Shown here: positions 42,215 through 51,348 of the stretch, in pieces | How positions within the stretch are numbered: the first letter of the stretch is position 1 | Layout: each line of letters opens with the position of its first letter | NCBI GenBank assembly: GCA_963726985.1 | Contig: CAVSEF010000001.1 | Location: 9,855 to 73,854, forward strand | Length of the DNA: 64,000 nucleotides | Source of the DNA: an uncultured Solirubrobacterales bacterium | GTDB taxonomy: Bacteria > Actinomycetota > Thermoleophilia > Solirubrobacterales > Solirubrobacteraceae | Direction of reading: 5' to 3' | Translations under genes and position numbers: made by a program | The notes under the pieces: generated by a model | What the model was told of the DNA's origin: nothing | Database searches by the model: none | What the model saw: only the letters and a program-made list of their open reading frames with translations

Positions 42215-43369
42215 TTGGGGCAAGCGGAATCGATACGGATAGACCGTGGCATCTGCTACGGTTTGACCGTGGCTCCCAGTAACCCGTTCATCTTCCAGCG
42301 ACCCGTCGACGACCTGATCGACCGCGAGGACGAGTTGCAGCGCCTGCTCGATCTCGCCGCGGGCGCGCACTTCATGCGACTGAGCGCTCCGAGGCGCTAC
42401 GGCAAGACCACGCTGATTCGCCGGCTGCGCATCGAAGCCGAGCGGCAACTCGAGATGACGACGATCGTCGTCGACTTCAGTCGCGTGCTCTCGCTCGGCG
42501 ACGTTACCGTGCGGATCGAGGACGCCTACCGCCGCGCCACCGACGGGCCGGTCAGGAGCGCCGTGCGCACACTCATGCGATCGTGGAACCTCGGCGTCTC
42601 CCTCAGCGCCGGCGGGATCGCGGCCAAGCTCGAGGCCGAGCCCAAGACCGACCCCCTGCCCGCGCTGCACCGACTGCTCGAGCTGCCCCACGAAGCCTAC
42701 GAGCGCACCGGCCACCGCGTCCTCGTCGCCTTCGACGAGTTCCATGAGGTCCTTCGCCTCGACGGGCTCGACGGCCTGATCAGAAGCCATGTCCAACACC
42801 ACGGCGAGGCGGCAAGCTACCTGTTCGCGGGCTCCGAGCCCGGGCTGATGAACCAACTCTTCGGCGAGCGCGAGCGACCCCTGTTCGGACAAGCAGCACC
42901 CGTCAGCCTCGGCGAGCTCCCCAACGACGCACTCGGCGCCCACATCGAACAACGGTTCACCGAAACCGACCGCGACGCCGGCGAGGCCCTCGACGCGCTG
43001 CTCGAGCTCGTCCAAGGCCACCCCCAGCGCGCGATCCTGATGGCACACTACCTCTGGGAGCACACACCCCCACAACACCCCGCGACCATCACCGAGTGGC
43101 AGGCCGCGCTCGACGAGGTAACCGACTCGCTCGCCGAGGGCTTCGAGCGATTTCTCGACGTCCTCCCCACCCTCCAAGGCCGCGTGTTGTTCGCCCTCGC
43201 CCTCTCCCCACACGGACTCAACTCCAACTACACCCAAGCACGCTACGGACTCCCCAAAGGCAGCGCCGCCCACGAAGCACGCGACGCCCTCGTCCGCCGC
43301 GGAGAGATCCTCACCAAGCCCTACCGAATCACCGACCCCCTCCTGCGCCACTGGCTGCGCCAACACTGA
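42215..43369 (+). CDS. AAA/Arch-ATPase-like ATP-binding protein
   Basis: NPFIFQRPVDDLIDREDEL...LSAPRRYGKTTLIRRL (Walker A) ...VLVAFDEFHEV (Walker B). Alternative starts lie at TTG 42263 and GTG 42269. Confidence 0.8.
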   Translation: MGQAESIRIDRGICYGLTVAPSNPFIFQRPVDDLIDREDELQRLLDLAAGAHFMRLSAPRRYGKTTLIRRLRIEAERQLEMTTIVVDFSRVLSLGDVTVRIEDAYRRATDGPVRSAVRTLMRSWNLGVSLSAGGIAAKLEAEPKTDPLPALHRLLELPHEAYERTGHRVLVAFDEFHEVLRLDGLDGLIRSHVQHHGEAASYLFAGSEPGLMNQLFGERERPLFGQAAPVSLGELPNDALGAHIEQRFTETDRDAGEALDALLELVQGHPQRAILMAHYLWEHTPPQHPATITEWQAALDEVTDSLAEGFERFLDVLPTLQGRVLFALALSPHGLNSNYTQARYGLPKGSAAHEARDALVRRGEILTKPYRITDPLLRHWLRQH

Positions 43370-43527
43370 ACCAAACGCGCTCACTTCTTGCGCCTCTTGA
43401 GCGGGCCATATCTTCGTGCTGCGCTCGGTGGTGGTTCACTTTTAAATCCGGCTCGTGACCCGCCAATCCCAGCTGGGGTGAACAGTGACTTCAGTAACGG
43501 GATTACATAGCCGCGAGCCGCCGGCTG

Positions 43528-44625
43528 TCATTCACCCGCACAACCCGCCGCGTTGCGAGGCACGAGTCGCAGCTCATGATGTAGCCACACGGCCGTTTGC
43601 GTCAGCATCTGCGTGCCCGTCGAGAACGATCCGGAGCTTGGAAACGCCACGATCGACACGACCACTCCGCGGGAGGACCCCACGTCGATGATGCCTGACT
43701 GGCGCACCAGGTAGGCGCCGGAAGGCTCGGGTCCCCAGCCTCCCTTGAACGCAACCGAGCTGAAGCCCGCTGAGCCGAGCCCCCAGCTCTCGCTGGGCTC
43801 GACATTCTCCATCAGGTTGAGCACATACCCGCTCTCCGCGGCGGGCAGCAGGCATCCATTGCCCAGCGCGCGGAAGAACTTGACCGCCTGACTCGGTCTC
43901 CACTCAGTCTGGCCGAACGTCGTCACGGCGCCGGGCGGAGGAGGCGCGGTGGCTACGACCGTTTCGTCGTCTCCGCTCAGGCTGAACAGCTGCTGGATAT
44001 AGGCGCTGGCCCCGTCCAGGCCACCCTCGACCCTCTCCAGATCTCCGAACAGCGCGAGAATCGATTCGTTGTTCGATTCGGTGATCGCCGAATGCGCCAG
44101 CTGGTTCTCCTGCGCCGTCAGACCCCGTGCGCCGCGAGCCTTCAGGAGCGCGACGAGCACGGGCACCTTCGTGGTGCTCCAACCATGGGCCGGCACGTCC
44201 GCTCCAAGGATCTTCGTGCTGCCTTCGCCGAGAGGGGCTACCGCAAGCTCGATGTCACCGGAGAGCGCCGAGCTCAGATGCTCAAAGGATGCGGCGACGT
44301 TGGCGGGCAGGACAGGGTGGGCCGCTGAGGTGGTGCCCGTGGCGGCGGCCGACGGGGAGGGAGCGCTGGGTGGCGCTTGGTAGGTTCTGCCGGGCTGAAC
44401 GCCCGCGCTTGCGGCTGGAAGCGACGGAGTCGAGGTAACTTGAGGTCCGACTTGGTCGGTCTTGAGCACCCGCACGACCTTCACGTGTCGAGTCGTGGGA
44501 AAGGCAAACAGCACGAGCGCCAGCACGCACAACGCCCCAACGCCCGCGCCCAGGAGCAGCCAGCGGCGGCGAACACGAGCTCCGGGCCTGCGCCGCCGTG
44601 CTCGTTGCGTCGGTGGATCGTCCAC
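43528..44625 (-). CDS. membrane-anchored serine hydrolase, class-A beta-lactamase-like
   Basis: It has an N-terminal TM, then HGWSTTKVPVLVALL (SxxK), ESNNES (SxN-like) and FKGGWG (KTG-like). Confidence 0.72.
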   Translation of the reverse strand: MDDPPTQRARRRRPGARVRRRWLLLGAGVGALCVLALVLFAFPTTRHVKVVRVLKTDQVGPQVTSTPSLPAASAGVQPGRTYQAPPSAPSPSAAATGTTSAAHPVLPANVAASFEHLSSALSGDIELAVAPLGEGSTKILGADVPAHGWSTTKVPVLVALLKARGARGLTAQENQLAHSAITESNNESILALFGDLERVEGGLDGASAYIQQLFSLSGDDETVVATAPPPPGAVTTFGQTEWRPSQAVKFFRALGNGCLLPAAESGYVLNLMENVEPSESWGLGSAGFSSVAFKGGWGPEPSGAYLVRQSGIIDVGSSRGVVVSIVAFPSSGSFSTGTQMLTQTAVWLHHELRLVPRNAAGCAGE

Positions 44626-44671
44626 GAGTAGCTCAGCTTATAGACGGCTCAGGAGTCCGAGCGTCTGCGGG

Positions 44672-45424
44672 TCAGGGAGAGAAGTAGACGGCCGCGCCGA
44701 TGCCACCGGTGCACTTGACCGTATTGGTGGACGTGACGCATGTCATTTCATACGTTTTGTGCGTCACGTCGCTATACGCTTCGACCGTGCTCGCGCCGCC
44801 GCTGCTGCGGTACGCCGATTGAACCGATTCCGCGAACACGCAGGTCGTGTCGGGGCCCACCGAAAGGCCGCCGCCGCAGGAGGTCTGGCTCGATCCGGCC
44901 ACTTCCGATGAGCCCCCTTGCTCGGCCGCCACAGCGGGTGTCGCGCTACCGCCACTGGAGCTCCCATGATGCGACGATTCTCCCGAGCCGCCGCTCGATT
45001 GCTGGGTGATCGTAAGGCTGGTCGAGCCCGGCGTCATGCCCGGAGCGCTGCCGATCACATCGATCGTCGTCTTTCCCGGATGGAGCGTTGCGGTACCGGT
45101 GAACACACCGTTGCCAACCGCCGCGGGCTCGCCTTGGATCTGGACGGTGGCGTTGGCCGGATCGACGGTGCCGCGAACCGTCACGTTGCTTGCCGCGATC
45201 ACACTGCCGCTGGTGGGAGCGACCACGACAACCGAAACAGCTCCGGAACCCACCGTGCTGGTTGTCGTCGAGGTCGTCGAACCACAGCCGGCAACCGCCA
45301 GTCCCAGCGTCGCGATAATCGCCACGGTCCAAGCTCTCGCGGCTACGGGAATCTTCCCTGCGTCCCCCATACGCGAAACCGTACCAGAGGTCCGAAGGTT
45401 GGGCTGTCCAGCATGATCGGTCAT
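44672..45424 (-). CDS. lipoprotein with an Ig-like domain and one Cys-rich C-terminal domain
   Basis: The lipobox reads LAVAGCGS. VTVRGTVDPANATVQIQGEPAAVGNGVFTGTATLHPGKTTIDVIG is followed by CGGGLSVGPDTTCVFAESV...CTGG..AVYF. There is an ATGA overlap with the upstream paralog. Confidence 0.7.
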   Translation of the reverse strand: MTDHAGQPNLRTSGTVSRMGDAGKIPVAARAWTVAIIATLGLAVAGCGSTTSTTTSTVGSGAVSVVVVAPTSGSVIAASNVTVRGTVDPANATVQIQGEPAAVGNGVFTGTATLHPGKTTIDVIGSAPGMTPGSTSLTITQQSSGGSGESSHHGSSSGGSATPAVAAEQGGSSEVAGSSQTSCGGGLSVGPDTTCVFAESVQSAYRSSGGASTVEAYSDVTHKTYEMTCVTSTNTVKCTGGIGAAVYFSP

Positions 45425-46482
45425 GGGAAGTAGACCGAAGCCCGGTTGCCTCCGGTACACACGACCGGGTCGCCGGCGGAGCAGGTCATCGAGTACGTCT
45501 TGTGCGTCACCGGGCTGTATGCCATGACCGTCCCCGGACCGGAGCTTTCATATGCCGAGCGGACCTCCTCGGCGAACGCGCATGTCGTGTCCGCTCCCAC
45601 GCTGAGCTCGTCGCCACAGCCCGTCTCACCCGAGTCGCCGCTGGCGTGTGCCACAGCCAGCGTCGCCTCTTCGCTGGAGTTCGGCTGCGCCGTCGCGTCC
45701 TCGGCGCCGGCGGAACCGCTGGGAAAGTAGACCGAGGCGTTGTCGCCTCCGGTGCAGACCACCGCATCGCCGGTCGAGCAGCTCATCGCGTAGGTCCGGT
45801 TCGTCACTGGGCTGTAGGCCATCACAGTTCCGGGACCGGCGTTGTCGTAGGCCGAGCGGACGTTTTCGGCGAATGCGCACGTCGTATCGGGTCCAACGGC
45901 CAGTTCGTTGCCACAGGCGGTCTCGGCCGAGCCGCTACCCGCGTAGGTGATCGCGGGGGTCGCGGCGGCTGAGGCCGGGTGGGTCGTCGTTGCCGTTCCG
46001 CCGCTGGATTGGCGGGCGACCATCACGGTGGTCGAGTCCGGGGTGGCCCCGGGGGCGCTGCCGATCACGTCGATCGTCGTCTTGCCGCCGTGCAGGGTCG
46101 CCGTGCCCGTGAAGACGCCGTTGCCGACCGCTGCCGGTTGGCCCTGAACCTGAACGGTCGCGTTGGCGGGGCTGACCGTGCCGCGCACGATCACCTGATC
46201 GGCCGCGATTACGCTACCGCCGGTCGGCGAGGTCAGGGCGACCGTGACCGCGCTTGCATTCTCTGCGCTCGTCGTGGTCGTGGTGGTGGTCGAGCCGCAG
46301 CCGCTGATCGCCAGCGCGAGCAACGCGACGGCCGCGCCCGCGCCCAGCCCGATCGCCTTGGAGGTTCGCCGGGCGCTCCGGCGCGGGCGTGTAGGGAGTC
46401 GAAGGCCGGGACCGGTCTGGTCGGTGGTCAACTGCTTTGAGTGGTTGTGATCCGGCTGGGTGTGCTGCGGCGTGGTGTCCAT
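45421..46482 (-). CDS. lipoprotein paralog with the same Ig-like domain and two copies of the Cys-rich domain
   Basis: The ATG at 46482 is preceded by GGGAGG. The lipobox reads LAISGCGS. The unit CG.EL.VG.DTTCAFAE.VRSAY...GPGTVMAYSPVT..TY.M.C..GD.VVCTGG..ASVYFP occurs twice. Confidence 0.7.
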   Translation of the reverse strand: MDTTPQHTQPDHNHSKQLTTDQTGPGLRLPTRPRRSARRTSKAIGLGAGAAVALLALAISGCGSTTTTTTTSAENASAVTVALTSPTGGSVIAADQVIVRGTVSPANATVQVQGQPAAVGNGVFTGTATLHGGKTTIDVIGSAPGATPDSTTVMVARQSSGGTATTTHPASAAATPAITYAGSGSAETACGNELAVGPDTTCAFAENVRSAYDNAGPGTVMAYSPVTNRTYAMSCSTGDAVVCTGGDNASVYFPSGSAGAEDATAQPNSSEEATLAVAHASGDSGETGCGDELSVGADTTCAFAEEVRSAYESSGPGTVMAYSPVTHKTYSMTCSAGDPVVCTGGNRASVYFP

Positions 46483-46537
46483 TTCGATGCCTCCCGGTTG
46501 GTTACACCAGCAGCATCCGTGCTCTTGGCCGGCCTGG

Positions 46538-46568
46538 ATACCCACCCAAGGTGTGGAGCTTTGTTACC
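46538..46568 (-). promoter_or_regulatory. island motif copy G (GGTAACAAAGCTCCACACCTTGGGTGGGTAT)
   Basis: It lies 56-86 nt upstream of ATG 46482 and points toward that gene. Confidence 0.65.
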
Positions 46569-46653
46569 TGCTCGAGGTGGGCACGGGAGCGCCCCGAGCG
46601 ACTGGGAGCCGTGGTGGCACCCGCCTGTCACCGGCGCTCGGACGCACGACCCC

Positions 46654-46986
46654 ATGGGAACGGCCGGTTATGTACCGTGCATTGATCGAGATCATGGACG
46701 GCCGAGACCACCGTGCTGCGTGAGCAAACGGAAGTTCACGATCCACGTGCGCAAGCTGCCCGGAATCACGTGGGTCAGCGCGGTCATCAAGATCAATGGC
46801 AAGCGCGTGAAGTCCGTGGGACGCTCCCACATCACCGCGCTCGTGAACCTCGTGGGCTTGCCCAAAGGCACGTTCGTCCTTTCGATCACCGCCAAGGCGA
46901 GCAACGGACAATCGGTGACCGGGACACGGACCTACCACACGTGCGTTCAGAAAAGCAAAAGCCACTACCCGACTCCGAAGCTCTAA
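46654..46986 (+). CDS. small stand-alone copy of a ~85-aa module (CVSKRKFTIHVRKLPGITWVSAVIKINGKRV...)
   Basis: The same module ends the decayed gene 49030..50435. Here it is intact but lacks any N-terminal domain or obvious signal peptide. The start is uncertain. Confidence 0.4.
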   Translation: MGTAGYVPCIDRDHGRPRPPCCVSKRKFTIHVRKLPGITWVSAVIKINGKRVKSVGRSHITALVNLVGLPKGTFVLSITAKASNGQSVTGTRTYHTCVQKSKSHYPTPKL

Positions 46987-47052
46987 AGTGGGCAGCCGGC
47001 AAGGGCTTCCGATCAACAAGAACGAAGCCGTCCGGATAGGGTAGTCATTCGC

Positions 47053-47898
47053 ATGCGGCCCGAGAGTCCGAGAGCGTTGAGACGCGCGGTACTGGTACTG
47101 GCTGTTGCGGCCGCGGTCGGTGGACTGGGCGTGGCGCAGGCCCATGCCACTACCACGGCGCCTGCCGTCGCGGTGAGCGCCGGCTGGGGCCACTCCTGCG
47201 CAATCCTGTCGGGCGGCACCGTCGAATGCTGGGGCGAAAACGAGCAGGGCGAGCTCGGCAACGGAACGATCAAGGGCAGCTCTAGGCCGGTCGCAGTGAA
47301 GGGCGTGAGCAGTGCGATAGCGGTCAGCGCCGGCAATGAAGACACCTGCGCGCTGATCTCGGGTGGAGCCGTTGAGTGCTGGGGCCTGAACGTCAAGGGC
47401 GAGCTCGGCAACGGGACGACCAAGAACAGCTCCACGCCGGTCGCGGTGAAGGGCGTGAGCAGCGCGATCTCTGTGAGTACCGGCATCTCGAGCACATGCG
47501 CCCTCCTGTCGGGTGGAACCGTTGAGTGCTGGGGCGACAACGAGAACGGTGAACTCGGCGACGGGACGACCAAGAACAGCTCTACGCCGGTCGAGGTGCA
47601 GGGTGTGAGCGACGCGATCGCGATTGCCAACGGGGAAACCCACTGCGCGATCATTGCCGGCGGGACCGTCGAGTGCTGGGGCTATAACGCGCAGGGCGAG
47701 TTAGGGAACGGCACGACCGAGAGCACCACCACACCGGTCGCCGTGAGCGCCTTGAGCAACGCTACCGCAATCAGCGCGGGTTACGCCTCATGTGCGGTAG
47801 TTGGGATGGGCTCGGTCGAATGCTGGGGTCATAACGAAGAAGGAGCGGGGACGGAGCCAGCGCGAGTAATTCCACGCCGGTCTCCGTGGCCGGGGTGA
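47053..47898 (+). CDS. exported RCC1-repeat protein, N-terminal part (5 repeats), ending out of frame
   Basis: A signal peptide is followed by GG(T/A)VECWG.N..GELGNGT...SS.PV.V.G units. After ECWGHNEEG the frame reads [17 protein letters not shown], whereas another frame continues [25 protein letters not shown]. Confidence 0.75.
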   Translation: MRPESPRALRRAVLVLAVAAAVGGLGVAQAHATTTAPAVAVSAGWGHSCAILSGGTVECWGENEQGELGNGTIKGSSRPVAVKGVSSAIAVSAGNEDTCALISGGAVECWGLNVKGELGNGTTKNSSTPVAVKGVSSAISVSTGISSTCALLSGGTVECWGDNENGELGDGTTKNSSTPVEVQGVSDAIAIANGETHCAIIAGGTVECWGYNAQGELGNGTTESTTTPVAVSALSNATAISAGYASCAVVGMGSVECWGHNEEGAGTEPARVIPRRSPWPG

Positions 47899-48779
47899 GC
47901 AGCGCGATCGCAGTCAGCGGCCTCTCCGCCACAACGTGTGCCCTTCAGTCGGGCGGCACCGTCGATTGCTGGGGCCGAGGAGAACTCGGCAACGGAACGA
48001 CCGACAACAGCTCCACTCCGGTGCGCGTGAGCGGGCTGACAAACGCGATCGCCGTGAGCGCCGGCGCAGGCCATAGGTGCGCAGTCTTGTCAAACGGCAC
48101 CGTTGAGTGCTGGGGCGACAACGACGTCGGCCAGCTCGGCAACGGAACGACTAAGAACAGTTCCACGCCGGTCGTTGTCAGGGGCCTCGGTCAGCCTTCG
48201 ACGAATGCGAACGGGGGATCGGCCGGGCCCGTCCTTGGACACACGGGAAGTCTGAACACGGTCTCCGGCAGCGTGCTCGTGAAGCTGCCCGGATCGTCGA
48301 CCTTCGTCCCGCTGACAGCGGTCGGCCAGATCCCGTTCGGTACTGTCGTGGACGCGACGCACGGCCGCGTGTCGGTGACGACTGCGGGCCCGCACGGCAC
48401 CACCCAGACGATCACCCTCTCAGAAGGCGAATTCGTACTCACGCAGGGCCGCAACGGCATGTTCGTCGCGACGCTCACCGGCGGCGACTTCTCCGTTTGC
48501 CCCACCGCACAGGAGCGAGCACACACCGCCCACGCCGCGTCAACGCACGCGACGGGCAAACACGTCGTGCGCAAACTGTGGGCCGAAGGCCACGGCAACT
48601 TCACCACTGACGGCAACTACGCCTCCGCGTCCGTACGCGGCACCCGCTGGCTGACCGAGGATCTCTGCGAAGGCACGCTGATCCACGTGGCGACCGACCG
48701 GGTGGCGGTTACCAACCGGGTTAACCACCACCACGTCACAGTCAAGGCTGGACACAGCTACCTCGCGAAAGCGCCATGA
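47886..48779 (+). CDS. continuation of the RCC1-repeat protein (2-3 repeats) plus an intact shared C-terminal module
   Basis: [16 protein letters not shown]... and [19 protein letters not shown]... are followed by [39 protein letters not shown]...[28 protein letters not shown]...[11 protein letters not shown]. Together with 47053..47898 this was probably one gene, split by a frameshift near 47840-47890. Confidence 0.72.
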   Translation: MAGVSSAIAVSGLSATTCALQSGGTVDCWGRGELGNGTTDNSSTPVRVSGLTNAIAVSAGAGHRCAVLSNGTVECWGDNDVGQLGNGTTKNSSTPVVVRGLGQPSTNANGGSAGPVLGHTGSLNTVSGSVLVKLPGSSTFVPLTAVGQIPFGTVVDATHGRVSVTTAGPHGTTQTITLSEGEFVLTQGRNGMFVATLTGGDFSVCPTAQERAHTAHAASTHATGKHVVRKLWAEGHGNFTTDGNYASASVRGTRWLTEDLCEGTLIHVATDRVAVTNRVNHHHVTVKAGHSYLAKAP

Positions 48780-48937
48780 CTGCGGCCGGGGAGGCGTCCC
48801 TAGTTGCAGGCGACAAGCTACTTGAGATCGCTTTTGCGGGGCCGACCGGTCGTCTGGGACTCGGCATATTCGCCGGCGCCGCTCGGCCTGTCTCGGGCAA
48901 GGCGCCTCGGAGCGCCCGCCGTTATGCTGGCCGCTCA

Positions 48938-48968
48938 GGTAACAGACGCCTACACCTTGGGTGGGTAG
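48938..48968 (+). promoter_or_regulatory. island motif copy A (GGTAACAGACGCCTACACCTTGGGTGGGTAG)
   Basis: It lies 62-92 nt upstream of ATG 49030, whose SD region reads CCAAGAGGGGA. Confidence 0.65.
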
Positions 48969-49029
48969 TCGCGCTTCGAGCGATGGCAGATGCTTGCTGA
49001 GTAATCCGACTCCAAGAGGGGACACCGCA

Positions 49030-50435
49030 ATGCTCACGCCTAGCGATCACCACAAGCAGTCGCCGATCGACCCGTCCAGGTCTAGACTACGTGACCGCCG
49101 CATCCGCGGCATATCGATGCGGGGGGACCTCGCTGTGCCATCCATACGCAGCACGCTGAGCGCGATTGCCGTGGCAAGCGTCCTTCTCGTGCTGCCCGCA
49201 GTGCTCACGTCGACGGCACTGGCATCCTCTGGTCGACAGGCGTCGACCTCGGTCGACGCCTCCGTGGCGCCTGCGGCCTCGACTAGCGATCCTCTCGTCG
49301 GAGACTGGTACATAACTTACGGGAACACGACGGTGGTCGAAATCTCTGAATCCGGCGGCGTGTACACCGGGACCGCAACGGAACCGGTTCAAGTAACGGG
49401 GAGTTCGTGTTATCTACCGGCGGGCACGGTCATCTCCACGTTCAAAGTCTCGGGAGGCGGCTACTCGGGGAACACGGGCTGTGGTTCACGTCCTGTTCGT
49501 TTAACAAAGAGGCGCCGATGACACTCAAGCTTGAAGGCAACACCTTGAGCGGCGAAATTGTAGGCGTCGAACGACTGGTATACACCAGACAAGCGGTCGC
49601 GGCTCCGCCGAAAGCGTCGATCGAATCTCCAGCGAGCGGTGGCACCTACCAGCAGGGCGCGGCCGTCACGACTAGATTCTCGTGCATGGAAGGCGAGGCC
49701 GGGCCGGGGATTGAATCGTGCGCGGACTCCAACGGCGGGTCTGGCACCTCCGGCGTGCTTGAAACTTCGACCCTGGGGCTGCACACCTACACGGTGACCG
49801 CGAAGAGCAAGGACGGCCAGGCTGGCACGGCATCGATTAGCTACAACGGTCCTCGGGGCGCAGCACATCACGTTCACCTCGACGGCGCCCGCCTCGGCGA
49901 CCGTCGGCGGAGTTAGCTACACCGTGGCCGCGACCGGTGGCGCCTCGGGGAACCCGGTGACGTTCTCTTCGGGAGCGCCTACGGTCTGCTCCATCTCAGG
50001 TGCGACCGTCAGCTTCACCGGCGCGGGCACCTGCACGATCGCCGCGAATCAGGCAGGCAATGCGGACTATTTGAGCGCCCCTCAGGTAACCCAGTCGTTC
50101 ACGGTGACCCCGAAACCTAAAGCGACACCCAAAGCGATCTCCGCCGTCGCCGCCTTCAGCCTCCCACCCGCTAGACAGTGCGTGAGCCACCGCAAGTTCA
50201 CAATCCACGTACGGACGCTGCCCGGCATCACGTGGGTCAGCGCGATCATCAAGATCAACCACAAGCGCATAAAGACCTTGGAGCTCCACATCACGCGTTG
50301 GTGACCTTGGCCTGCCCAAAGGCACGTTCGTGCTCTCGATCACGCAACGCGAGCAAGGGCATCGGTGACCGGGACGCGGACCTACCACACTGCGTTCCGA
50401 AAAGCAAAAGCCACGACGTCGCACCGAGGCTTTAG
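49030..50435 (+). pseudogene. exported multi-domain protein broken by at least 5 frameshifts
   Basis: The homologous reading hops between frames. It runs from 48961-frame (signal peptide...GGGYSG) to 49407-frame (...LKLEGNTLSGEIVG...TYTVTAKSKDGQAGTASISY), then to 49924-frame (ATGGASGNPVTFSSGAPTVCSISGATVSFTGAGTCTIAANQAGN...CVSHRKFTIHVRTLPGITWVSAIIKINHKRIK). It then changes frame several times across the last 200 nt, judged against the intact copy 46654..46986. Confidence 0.6.
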
Positions 50436-50488
50436 CGATGCACGGCCTAACGACCGGGATCAATGGGGCGATCCTCAGAGGGGCCAAC

Positions 50489-51334
50489 ATGCGAAAGGGA
50501 CTGTGCTCTATTCCGCTCGTTGTCATTGTGGCGCTGGCGCTCATGGGTACCAACGCTACTGGGAGCACACTGCACCTGAGCGAGTTAGCACCCGCCGCGC
50601 GGGGAGTGGGCGCGGCCGCTACGGCGCAAAGCGCGAGCTCGTGCGCAAACGAGCGAGTTGTGGCAGGGAGGGGCGGCGAAGTTTTCTACGCGTTCACCCT
50701 GCACGGCATCGCATGCGCGAAGGCGCACGCCCTCATCACGGCCTACAGCCACCGGGTCAGCACGGGGCGGGGGTGCGAGGGTCGCGGCACCGCGTGCGGC
50801 TACGAGGTGAGCGGCTCATGGTGCTCGCTGCCCGGCTACGCCGGCGCCCCAGTGGACGCGGGGTGCTGCGAGAACGGCGGCCACCCCCTCGGGAGCTGTT
50901 CGCGCCATGGCGGGAGCTTCACGGTTCGCGCAACCTCCCCTCCGCCCGGCTGGAGCGCGCAGCTGCACCTGACTCAGTTCGAGACGCCCGACGGGAGCAT
51001 CTCCTGCTACTCAACCGGCCTCGGGCTGAAGGGCTACACGTCGTGCTCGGTGTCGAGCAAGAACGAGTTCGCGGTACCGGCGGCATGGATGGAAGCCCCG
51101 CGTGTGCGGGTGTGCACGCACCGCGAAGAACTCGTGCAGCCCGAAGGCGAAGGCAGCGCATGTCCGGTGAGCGATCTGGACCGCAGGGTGATCCTCGCCG
51201 ATGGCCAGGAAAACGAGCTCGGCGGCATCCGTTGTGTGGTCGCGCCCGAAGGCGTGACGTGCACATTCGCTGCGGGTGCTGAAGCCGGCAAGGGTTTCCG
51301 CATCAACATCTCTGAAGTCGTGCAGCTGGGCTGA
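50489..51334 (+). CDS. exported Cys-rich protein (hypothetical)
   Basis: The ATG is preceded by AGAGGGG. The signal reads MRKGLCSIPLVVIVALALMG. 281 aa with ~20 Cys, including the motif FTLHGIACAKAHALI that is shared with 55012..55407. Confidence 0.65.
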   Translation: MRKGLCSIPLVVIVALALMGTNATGSTLHLSELAPAARGVGAAATAQSASSCANERVVAGRGGEVFYAFTLHGIACAKAHALITAYSHRVSTGRGCEGRGTACGYEVSGSWCSLPGYAGAPVDAGCCENGGHPLGSCSRHGGSFTVRATSPPPGWSAQLHLTQFETPDGSISCYSTGLGLKGYTSCSVSSKNEFAVPAAWMEAPRVRVCTHREELVQPEGEGSACPVSDLDRRVILADGQENELGGIRCVVAPEGVTCTFAAGAEAGKGFRINISEVVQLG

Positions 51335-51348
51335 GGGCGCCCCGCGAT

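Noticed and set aside
42212-43384. 390-aa minus-strand ORF exactly antisense to the ATPase gene
   Set aside because: It has a Gly/Val/Glu/Ala-rich mirror composition. The plus strand has Walker A and B motifs.
47012-47052. Possible additional copy of the island motif upstream of the RCC1 gene (TCAACA-N20-GGGTAGTC, 9 nt before ATG 47053)
   Set aside because: The invariant ACACCTTGG core is missing. Only the flanking GTAACA-like and GGGTAG-like parts match, so I did not count it as a copy. It could still be a leaderless-type promoter.
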